A stretch of DNA of 35,047 nt. Source: Pedosphaera sp. (GTDB lineage: Bacteria; Verrucomicrobiota; Verrucomicrobiia; Limisphaerales; SXTU01). Positions 23,530-31,700 of the stretch are shown here, piece after piece; positions within the stretch are counted from its first letter, which is position 1; each line of letters begins with the position of its first letter. The translations under genes were made by a program, and so were the position numbers. The DNA lies in NCBI GenBank assembly GCA_043731805.1, contig JAYTIO010000685.1:1-35047 (forward strand), in the 5' to 3' direction. The notes beneath the pieces were generated by a model. That model worked only from the letters and a program-made list of their open reading frames with translations, was not told where the DNA came from and searched no databases.

Positions 23530-25863
23530 ATGGCGATGAAAACCCTATTGCTGTTGGTCGCGCTGGCGTGGTCGGCATCCTCGTTCAGCGCCCAAGCGGA
23601 GCCCGTCACCTTCGATGCTCGCTCGGCGAAGAGCGGCGCGTGGTCCGCCGCCGCGACTTGGGCAAACGGCCGCTCGCCCAAGGCCGGCGACCGCGTGCAG
23701 GTCCGCGCTGGGCACACCGTGGTCTATGACGCGGTGAGCACGGAGGCCATCCGCATGATCCACGTCGCGGGCACGCTGGCATTCAGCCGCGAGAAGTCCA
23801 CGCGGCTGGAGGTCGGCCTCATCAAAATTGAGCCGGGCGAGACGACCACGGAGGACGGCTTCGATTGCCACGCGGACGCGCCGACTGCCGCGCAAGTCGG
23901 CTCCCTGCCGGTGCTCGAGATTGGTTCGGCGGAGAAGCCCATTCCCGCTGGCGTCACGGCGCTGATTCGCCTCGTCCACTTCGAGGGCATGAACAAGGAA
24001 ACGTTGCCCGCCATCCTCAACTGCGGCGGGCGCTGGGAGACTCACGGAGCGCCGCTGAACCGCACGTGGCTCAAGCTCGGCGCGTCGGTGAAGGCCGGTG
24101 ACTCCGCCGTGAAACTCTCCGAGCCGGTCACGGGCTGGCGCGTGGGCGACCTGGTCATCGTCACGGTCTCGAAGGAGAGCTACGGCAGCGGCAACACCTT
24201 CCGCCAGTCCGCCAAAAGCGCGCGCAAGGTGCAGACCGAGGAGCGCCGCATCACCGCGTTGGCCGGCGCCCTGGTCACGCTCGACCGCGCGTTGGACTAC
24301 GCGCACTTGGGCGAGGGCGATTACCGCAGCGAGGTCGCGAACTTGTCGCGCAACGTCACCATCGAGTCCGCCAAGCCTGACGGCGTGCGCGGGCACACGA
24401 TGTTCCATCGCGACAGCACGGGCGGCATCAGCTACGCGGAGTTTCGACACCTCGGCAAAGAGAACGTGCTGGGCAAATACGCCATCCACTTCCATCTCGT
24501 GCGCGACTCCATGCGCGGCAGCGGCGTGCTGGGCGCGAGCATCTGGGATTCGCACAACCGCTGGCTCACCATCCACGGCACGGACTTCCTCGTGGTGCGG
24601 GATTGCGTGGGCTACCAGTCCGTCGGCCACGGCTTCTTCCTCGAAGACGCGACGGAGCAATACAACTTGCTCGACCGCAATCTCGCGGTGCAGGCGTATC
24701 ACGGGAAGCGGTTGCCGAAACAGGTGTTGCCCTTCGATGGCAACGACGGCGCGGGCTTCTGGTGGGCGAACGGGCGGAACTCCTTCACCCGAAACGTCGC
24801 GTGCGAAAACGACCAATACGGCTACCACTACGAAATCGCCAAACGCAGCAACTTCAACCCGGAGCTGAACACGCTTCAGCCCAGCGGCGAACGCACGCGT
24901 GTAGACGTGCGGCGCATTCCCTTCCTCCGCTTCGAGGACAACGAGTCGCACAGCGAGGGGCTTTACAGCTTCAACTTCGGCGACGACGTGAACGGCTCGG
25001 TAGGCGGCGACCGCGAGCATCCCTTCATCGCGCGGAACCTGCGCGCGTGGGAGACGCACTACGTGATGCGTCCGAACCTGTCCCACTTCCTCCTCGACGG
25101 CCTCACGGTGAGCAACGGCGTCTATGGGGTGTATCACCCGGACTACGACGCGCACGTCTATCGCAACATCAGCTTCACGCAGGTCGGCTCGGAGCCGATC
25201 AACCGCGGCCACGACGACGACAGCATCCAATACGGCGACTTCACCTTCGACAACGTGCAGCTCATCAACTGCCGCTCTGGGCGCGACCCGCTCATCCAGC
25301 TCGCCTGCACGTCGCCCAAGGCCGGGACCGCCGGCCATTTCCGCAACGTGAGCTGGCCCGGCAGCGAGGCGCGCCAGGGTAAGGTCGTGGACCTCGGTGG
25401 CGGCCCGCGCAACGACAAGCTGGAGAACGCGGTGACTTACTTCTTCCACGGCTACCCGGCTGCGGGGGACGTGACGAAGGTGATGAGCACGAAGTTCCCG
25501 GCAGCGGCGAGCGCGGAGTTTGCGAGCGTGGAGAAGTTCACCGGCAAGGACGTGCGCGCGGCGAAGGCGACGCGGGTCGAGTTCCCGCAACTGCTCGCGC
25601 CCGTGGACGACCTGCCGCCCGCGACGGTCATCATCTCCGCCCGCAAGCAGCCCGACGGCAAGCTCCTCGTGCGCGGCGTGACGCACGACAATGGCGAGGT
25701 CGCCGACGTGACGGTGAACGGCCAGCGCGCGAAAATCCTGACGCAGCACGCCGGCGTTGCGGACTGGGAAATCTCTTTGCCCGCCGCGAAGGAGCTCACC
25801 GCCACCGCCCGCGACCGCGCCGGGAATGCGGAGCGCAACGGGCACAAGCTCACGGTGCCTTGA
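23530..25863 (+). CDS. Secreted G8-domain / right-handed beta-helix protein
   Basis: 777 aa. Signal peptide. N-terminal SGAWSAAATWANGRSPKAGDRVQVRAGHTVVYD...IHVAGTLAFS matches the G8 domain pattern. The central region has beta-helix-like repeats (NRWLTIHGTDFLVVRDCVGYQSVGHGFFLED...). Confidence 0.8.
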   Translation: MAMKTLLLLVALAWSASSFSAQAEPVTFDARSAKSGAWSAAATWANGRSPKAGDRVQVRAGHTVVYDAVSTEAIRMIHVAGTLAFSREKSTRLEVGLIKIEPGETTTEDGFDCHADAPTAAQVGSLPVLEIGSAEKPIPAGVTALIRLVHFEGMNKETLPAILNCGGRWETHGAPLNRTWLKLGASVKAGDSAVKLSEPVTGWRVGDLVIVTVSKESYGSGNTFRQSAKSARKVQTEERRITALAGALVTLDRALDYAHLGEGDYRSEVANLSRNVTIESAKPDGVRGHTMFHRDSTGGISYAEFRHLGKENVLGKYAIHFHLVRDSMRGSGVLGASIWDSHNRWLTIHGTDFLVVRDCVGYQSVGHGFFLEDATEQYNLLDRNLAVQAYHGKRLPKQVLPFDGNDGAGFWWANGRNSFTRNVACENDQYGYHYEIAKRSNFNPELNTLQPSGERTRVDVRRIPFLRFEDNESHSEGLYSFNFGDDVNGSVGGDREHPFIARNLRAWETHYVMRPNLSHFLLDGLTVSNGVYGVYHPDYDAHVYRNISFTQVGSEPINRGHDDDSIQYGDFTFDNVQLINCRSGRDPLIQLACTSPKAGTAGHFRNVSWPGSEARQGKVVDLGGGPRNDKLENAVTYFFHGYPAAGDVTKVMSTKFPAAASAEFASVEKFTGKDVRAAKATRVEFPQLLAPVDDLPPATVIISARKQPDGKLLVRGVTHDNGEVADVTVNGQRAKILTQHAGVADWEISLPAAKELTATARDRAGNAERNGHKLTVP

Positions 25864-25867
25864 GCAC

Positions 25868-25996
25868 GGCACGCCTTTTCGTGCCGGCGACTTGCAGTCG
25901 CCGTCGGTGGCTTCTGAACGGTTCGGACGACGGCTGCAAGCCGCCGGCACGGGCCGAAAGCGGCGTCGCCGTTGCGCTCTGCCGCCGCACTCCGTA
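25868..25996. repeat. Palindromic intergenic repeat element, family 2, long copy
   Basis: Hairpins are ggcacg-cctttt-cgtgcc (25868-25885) and cggcgact-tgc-agtcgccg (25885-25903). A second cggctgcaagccg unit follows, then CCGCCGCACTCC (25982-25993). It is related in inverted orientation to 26914-26956. Confidence 0.75.
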
Positions 25997-26001
25997 ACGC
26001 T

Positions 26002-26901
26002 ATGAATCGCCGCACGTTTCTCTCCACCGCCGCCTCCACCGCTGCCGCGCTCACGTCGCTCGCCGCCGTGCCCCGCCCGCCGGTCGTGGACACGCACACG
26101 CACTGCTTCGCCGGCAAGGCGGACGCGCGTTTCCCCTATCATCCGCGCGGCACATACCAGCCGGAAAATCCCACCTCACCGGAGTTCCTCCTGAAACTCA
26201 TGGACGGCGCGGGCGTGGACTTCGCCATCGTGGTCCATCCCGAGCCGTATCAGGACGACCACCGCTATCTCGAACACTGCCTCGCCGTGGGCAAGGGTCG
26301 GCTCAAGGGCACGCTGCTGGTCTTCTGCGACCGCCCCGGCTCGATGGAGAAACTCCCCGACCTCGCCAAGCGCCTACCCGTCGTGACTGCGCGCATCCAC
26401 GCCTTCCAAGCCGACCGCCTGCCGCCCTTCGGCAAGCCCGCGCTGCGGCAGCTTTGGCAGCTCGCCAGCGACCACGGGCTGGCGGTGCAACTCCACTTCG
26501 AGCCGAGCCATGCGGCGGGCTTCGAGCCGCTCATCCGCGAGTTCAAGCAGACGCGCGTCATCGTGGATCACCTGGGCCGGCCGTTTCAGGGCACGGCGGA
26601 GGACAACGACCGCGTGGTGCGCTGGGCGGACTTTCCGAACGTGGTGATGAAGCTCTCTTCCTTCCCGACGCGAGAGGCGAAGGAAGCAGCGGAACTGCCC
26701 GCCGTCCTCCGCAAGCTGGCCGCTGCCTACGGGGCGGACCGGCTCATCTACGGCGGCGGCTTCGAGGAAAAGGCCACGCCCGAAAGCTACCGCGCCGAAC
26801 GTGAGCGCACCGCCGCGCTGCTGGACTTCCTCCCGCCCGCCGCCCGCGCGCAGGTGCTAGGCGGGAACGCGGCGAAGTGGTTTGGGTTCAAGGCCGCTTG
26901 A
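26002..26901 (+). CDS. Amidohydrolase-2 family metal-dependent hydrolase with Tat-type signal
   Basis: MNRRTFLSTAASTAAALTSLAA is a twin-arginine signal. VVDTHTHCF is the HxH metal motif, and VDHLG lies near the C-terminal part. The ATG at 26002 lies inside a slightly longer track ORF. Confidence 0.8.
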   Translation: MNRRTFLSTAASTAAALTSLAAVPRPPVVDTHTHCFAGKADARFPYHPRGTYQPENPTSPEFLLKLMDGAGVDFAIVVHPEPYQDDHRYLEHCLAVGKGRLKGTLLVFCDRPGSMEKLPDLAKRLPVVTARIHAFQADRLPPFGKPALRQLWQLASDHGLAVQLHFEPSHAAGFEPLIREFKQTRVIVDHLGRPFQGTAEDNDRVVRWADFPNVVMKLSSFPTREAKEAAELPAVLRKLAAAYGADRLIYGGGFEEKATPESYRAERERTAALLDFLPPAARAQVLGGNAAKWFGFKAA

Positions 26902-26904
26902 AGC

Positions 26905-26958
26905 GCCGTCCGTGGAGTGCGGCGGGACAAGACGGCGATTGCAAATCGCCGGCACGAG
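26905..26958. repeat. Palindromic intergenic repeat element, family 2, short inverted copy (also a bidirectional terminator candidate)
   Basis: GGAGTGCGGCGG (26914-26925) followed by gacggcgatt-gcaa-atcgccggcacg (26931-26956). Its reverse complement matches 25880-25905 at 24/26. It fills the 60-bp gap between convergent genes. Confidence 0.75.
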
Positions 26959-26961
26959 GCA

Positions 26962-28209
26962 CTACTTCCCCGCGATGCAGAAGAGGTGTTTCTCCCCGCG
27001 CAGCAGGAGGCGGTTGGCCACCGGCACGGGGGAGGCGATGACGCGTTCGCCCAGGTTGTTTTCAGCGAGCAACTCGAATTTCCCCTCCGCACTGCAAACG
27101 AAGACAACCCCGTCTTCGCGCGCGGCATACAGCTTCCCGTCGGCAAAGCTGGGCGAAGAATAAAAATTCGCCCCGCTCTTGGGCAGCGCGCCGGACCAAA
27201 GCGTCTTGCCCGTGGCCGGCTCGACGCACTCGACTTCGCCACGGTCACGGACCAGATAGACCTTGCCCGCGTGCTCCGCCGGCGAGGGCACGAACGTCCC
27301 GGTGTCCTTCCGCGTCCACACGCGGTGCGACGCCGTCACGTCCCCGCTGCCGCCGAGCCGGATGCCGTGCAGCCGCGAGCCGCGTCCGTAGGGCACGATG
27401 GCCAGGTCGCCCGCGAGGACGAAGGAGGACACGGCCACCCAGTTGCGCGAGCCCTCGGGATTGAAGTCGCCGCAGGACCAGAGAAGTTTCCCATCCGCTG
27501 CGGCGTGGGCGGTGAGATGCTCCGCGCCCCAGACCAGCAGCGCCTCGCGGCCCGCATGGCGCGTGACGATGGGGGTGGCGTAACTGTGGTCGCCCTCGGT
27601 CGGCGTCACGTAGTTGCGGGAGATTTTCCAGTGTTGCGCGCCGGTGGCCTTGTCGAAGGCCGCCATCCACGACTCGCCGTTGTGCATGAGCGTCACGACC
27701 ACATCGCGCTCGGTGAGCACGGGCGAAGTGCCGTAGTCCCAGTAGAGCGTGTCCTTGCCGAAGCGCTCGGTGAGGTTCGCCTGCCAACGGACCTTCCCCG
27801 CAAAGTCCACCGCCGCGAGCTGGCCGCTCTTGAAGTAGGTGAACACCGACTGGCCGTCCGTGACGGGCGAGGAGTTGCAGCCGGAGCCGTTGCGGTGCTT
27901 GCCGGGCTTCTCCGCGCCGAGGGTGGTCTGCCAGAGCGGCTTGCCGTTCCAATCGAAGGCCAGCAGCGCGTCCTTCCCCTCGACGGGCGCGGTGAGATAG
28001 ATCCGCTGGTTCCAGACGATGGGCGTGGAGCAGCCCTTGCCGGGGAGCGGAATCTTCCAGAGCCAGCCGGAGTCGGCATCGAACTTCACCGGGTAGGAGC
28101 CGGTGCCGGTGCTGCCGTTGTCCTGCGGGCCGCGCCAGCGGGGCCAGTCCGAGTCGGCGGCAAAGGTGACGGTGGCGGTGAACGCGAGAGCGGCGGCAAG
28201 GAGGCGCAT
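26962..28209 (-). CDS. Secreted PQQ-like (BamB-type) beta-propeller repeat protein
   Basis: 415 aa from the ATG at 28209 (MRLLAAALAFTATVTFA signal). DWPRWRGP start and repeated ...G.(V/I)Y....DG.L.A.D..TG..LW blades. The track ORF is extended 51 codons upstream. Confidence 0.85.
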   Translation of the reverse strand: MRLLAAALAFTATVTFAADSDWPRWRGPQDNGSTGTGSYPVKFDADSGWLWKIPLPGKGCSTPIVWNQRIYLTAPVEGKDALLAFDWNGKPLWQTTLGAEKPGKHRNGSGCNSSPVTDGQSVFTYFKSGQLAAVDFAGKVRWQANLTERFGKDTLYWDYGTSPVLTERDVVVTLMHNGESWMAAFDKATGAQHWKISRNYVTPTEGDHSYATPIVTRHAGREALLVWGAEHLTAHAAADGKLLWSCGDFNPEGSRNWVAVSSFVLAGDLAIVPYGRGSRLHGIRLGGSGDVTASHRVWTRKDTGTFVPSPAEHAGKVYLVRDRGEVECVEPATGKTLWSGALPKSGANFYSSPSFADGKLYAAREDGVVFVCSAEGKFELLAENNLGERVIASPVPVANRLLLRGEKHLFCIAGK

Positions 28210-28274
28210 GGCGGGTATGGACGGCGCTACGGCACGGAACATTCTCAATTGAGACCGAACTCCGAAATGGAATG

Positions 28275-28421
28275 GCCGCGAAAGGGCACAAAGAGCGCAA
28301 AGCCAAGCCGCTCGCAGGCGGACGGGCTGGGTCGCCATAGTCCCGGTCCCAGTCAGCTCCACCTCGACCGCTTTGTGCTCTTTGCGCCCTTTCGTGGCTC
28401 AACTCCGGAGTTCGGGTTGAG
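28275..28421. repeat. Palindromic intergenic repeat element, family 1, copy B
   Basis: Left arm GCCGCGAAAGGGCACAAAGAGCGCAAAG (28275-28302). Right arm CTTTGTGCTCTTTGCGCCCTTTCGTGGC (28371-28398). A hairpin ctcaac-tccggagttcgg-gttgag follows, containing the palindrome ACTCCGGAGT. Confidence 0.85.
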
Positions 28422-28463
28422 CGGCTGGAAAATAGGCACGCGAGAACCAAACCGGCGTCCGTT

Positions 28464-28673
28464 CAGCAGTCTTGAAGCTTCGAGAGAGGTGAAACCCCAG
28501 CCGTTTGACTGCCTTGAAGCTTCGAGACGAGCGAAAGGTCAAGGAATCAGCAGTCTTGAGGCTTCGAGAGAGGTGAACTGGCACGGTTTCTGTAGTCTCG
28601 AAGCCTCAAGACAGGTGAAAACGCGTCGTTTTGGCTGTCTCGAAGGGTGCGCGACGCTGAAACAACGTGCTTT
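28464..28673. repeat. Five direct repeats with exact 42-bp period
   Basis: The core cttga(a/g)gcttcgaga starts at 28471, 28513 and 28555. Its reverse-complement form ctcgaagcctcaaga starts at 28597, and a degenerate copy at 28639. Units 1 and 3 are identical over 30 nt apart from one transition. Confidence 0.9.
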
Positions 28674-28725
28674 TGACCCTACATAACGTAGCTAAACACC
28701 TTTCCTTAAAATTGTTACACCGGAT

Positions 28726-31700
28726 TCAACCAGTCGCCAGCTCACCCCACGGGGCCGGGTCGTGTTTCACCACCTCGTAATTGGCATCGAGTTCCGGTTG
28801 GAGCAGGAGGAGGGCGGCGATGCGGCGGGCCATGTGGGTGACTTCGCGGGCCTCGTCCGGCGTGAGCGCGCGGCCCAGCAGGGCGTGCTCGCGGTAACTG
28901 AGCCACTTCTTCATCACCTGATAGCCGCCGAGGGTGAAGTCCCAGACCCGCTCCGGCACGTTGCGCCAGCAGGCGGTGGCGTTGAGGAAGATGTCGTGGG
29001 TGGCGGGACCGAGCAGGTAGGGCGCGGTGTCCTCACCGCGCCGGCGAGGTTCCGGGGCGTCCGGGTGGTCGGCGGCGGGCTGAGGACAGCCCGCCCTACC
29101 CAGCGCCTCCGCCTCCTCCGCCGTGTAGCCGCGCGTCTCGAGTTTGCCTCTGCCGGGCATGGTCACGCCGCCCTGCCCCGCGTGGCCCCAGCCGACGGTG
29201 AGGGAAAGGTTCAAGCTCTCGTTCGTCAGGCGCGAGGGAACCGCAATCTTCACCAACTCGGGGCGGACCTTCCCAGCGGTCACACCGATGACGGGCGTTT
29301 CCGTGTCGAGCAAGGCGGCGACTTGGCGGCCCAACTCGGCGGAGGCCAGCAACGCCTCGCGCGACTTGGGCAACGGCACACGCGGCCAGTCTTGCCGCAA
29401 GGCCCCGGAGTTCTCGGCGCGGTAAGCCGGCGCGTGGAGCACTGCGAGCGTGTGGTAGAACAACGCCTCCGGCTGGTTGCCCAGACGGAGTGAGGCCAGA
29501 TACTCCCCAGCCGCGTCGCTCAAATTGGCTTTCGGCTGGTCGCTGTCGTGCCGCTCGAAGAGCGAGGACGGGTCGGGGTTGGGCTTCAGCAGCAGCGGGA
29601 AGAAACTTGAACGTCCATTGCCGAAACTATCTGCCAACAAGGCCGTGCAATAGCCTCTACTCCAGTCGTGCAGAACTTGGCGCTGCCGTGCCTCAATCCA
29701 TACGTTCCCTTTGAAAACTTGGAGGCGATAATCGGTGCGCTTTTCGTCCAGCAGTTTCGTTTCTGGTTCCCAATACAACCAGCGGACATCCATCGGGCGA
29801 TAACAGAAGCGGATGACGTTGTCCGGGAGGTAACCACGGCTACAAAGGTAATCACGAACCGCCTTTGCATTGAATCGTCCGGTGTTTTCCGCCAGCCCAG
29901 GCGCGACCCGGCGTATCTCCTCAAGACTTACTGCGGGGTTGAAATACACACGGAGCCGCTTCTCAAGCGACGACCTATCAAAATCAACCAGCTCTGCATC
30001 TCTGCCGCTCGTCACGCCGGGGAAGGAGACGGGGAACAGCTCCGGCAGCAGCGGCCACGTGAAAAAGGCGGCGGTGGTTTTCGTGGGCAGGAAGGGCAGG
30101 CCCACGGCCACCGGCGGCTTCAACGTCTCGTAGAGTTTGGGCTGGCCCAGCGTCGCCAACAGCTCCGCGCGCTTGGCCTTGCCCCACAGGTGGCGGAAGT
30201 GGATGACGTTCGTCATGGAGGACAAGCCGCCGGTGGGTGGTGGCACGTTTTCTCCCTCACCCCGGCCCTCTCCCGCTGGGAGAGGGAGAATGGCAGTCCG
30301 CGCCGGGTTTGGGGCGACGCTCTCCTTGGCAGAAGCAACGGCGTCCGGTGCTGGGTTGGAGCCGACGCGCTGGGTTTTACGGCGCGCGCCCGTGGCGGTC
30401 CCCTCTCCCAGCGGGAGAGGGCTAGGGTGAGGGAGAACGGCTCCCTTGCTCGATGACTGTCCAGATTTACCCGCCCCCCGCTTCACCAGCGTCGCTATCG
30501 CCGTGCCCACTTGGATGCCCTCGCGGTTGTGCTCGGTGGAGAAGACGCTGGGGTCGGGTGCGCCCTCGGGCGTGAGCTTGCCGGTCTTGTATTTGTCGCC
30601 GTTGAGGCAATCCACCGTGATGCCGTCGAACACCTCCAGATACCGCTCGCGCATTCCGGTGAAGGAGAGTCCGTCCAGCCACGAGTAGTTCGAGATGAAG
30701 CAGACGACACCCTCGCCGGACTTCTCCACGATGCGCCGCTCCGCCATGCGGAAGAAGCGGACGTAAAGGTCGTTCAAGCCCTGGCCCTGCGGCGCGGGGG
30801 CATGCTTCGTCGTGCGATAGGCGGTGCTCAGGTCGCGCTCCTCCTCCACGGCCAGGCCCGCGTAGCCGTTGTAGGGCGGGTTGCCGAGGATGACGATGAT
30901 GCGCTTCTGCTGCTTGATTTCGTCGGCCGCCTCCTTCTCCTGCCGGAACTCAGGAATGGTGAAGGTGAGCTGCCGCTTGGCTTCCTCGGTGGGCGGTTCC
31001 CAGCCGGTGAGCGCGTTGGTGAGGTAGATGGCGGCGCGTTCGTTCTTCGCGTCGTCCAGCGGCTGCCCGAGGTTTTGCAGGACGAGGCCGAGTTGCAGAT
31101 GCGCGACGACGAAGGGCGCGGGCAGGAGTTCAAAGCCGAAGATGCGCTCTTGCGCGGCCTTCTTCACGTCGGCAGCGGCGAGCACGCCTTCGCCACGCTC
31201 GGTCAGGGTTTCGTGAATCTTCCGCAGCACCTCCACGACATACGCGCCGGTGCCGCAGCAGGGGTCGAGAACGAAGACGCGCGGGTCGGCCAAGCCGTCG
31301 GGGATGTCCAGCTCCTCGCGCAGCACGGTGTCCACGCGGGCGACCATGTATTCGACAATCTCCGGCGGGGTATACCAGACGCCCAGCTCCTTGCGCAGCG
31401 CGGGGTCGAAGGCTTCGAGGAACGGCTCGTAGAAATACTGGACGGCGTGGGTCTCGACGAACTGCTCGAAGAAGGCGGGGCGGTCCACGCGGTTGAGCGC
31501 GGCGGCGGTCCAGTCGAGCGATTCGACCAAACCAAGCGGCCTGAGCTTGTTCGGGTCGGCAACTTGATGGAACAGCGCCTTGATCATCGGCACATGAAGC
31601 GTCCACCCGGCGGCCTTCCAATCGAAGGCGTCCTTGCGCGCCGGGTTTTCCTTGTGCCACAGCACCCAGGCGGAGAAGACGCCGTAGAAGAGGGTCTGCA

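Noticed and set aside
28399-28584. 61-aa minus-strand ORF inside the repeat array (SRSLKTA/SRSFKAV/SRSFKTA periodicity)
   Set aside because: It is an artefact of translating the 42-bp repeats. It has no RBS and overlaps the family-1 repeat hairpin.
28464-28673. Possible CRISPR array
   Set aside because: The period is only 42 bp, with a conserved part of about 25 nt and a variable part of about 17 nt, which is far too short for repeat plus spacer. One unit is strand-flipped, the units degenerate progressively, and no cas genes are nearby.
26917-28686. 589-aa plus-strand ORF whose tail shows a periodic SLEASREV peptide
   Set aside because: Most of it is antisense to the PQQ-propeller gene. 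The periodic tail is simply the 42-bp DNA repeat read in one frame, and there is no start context or motif.
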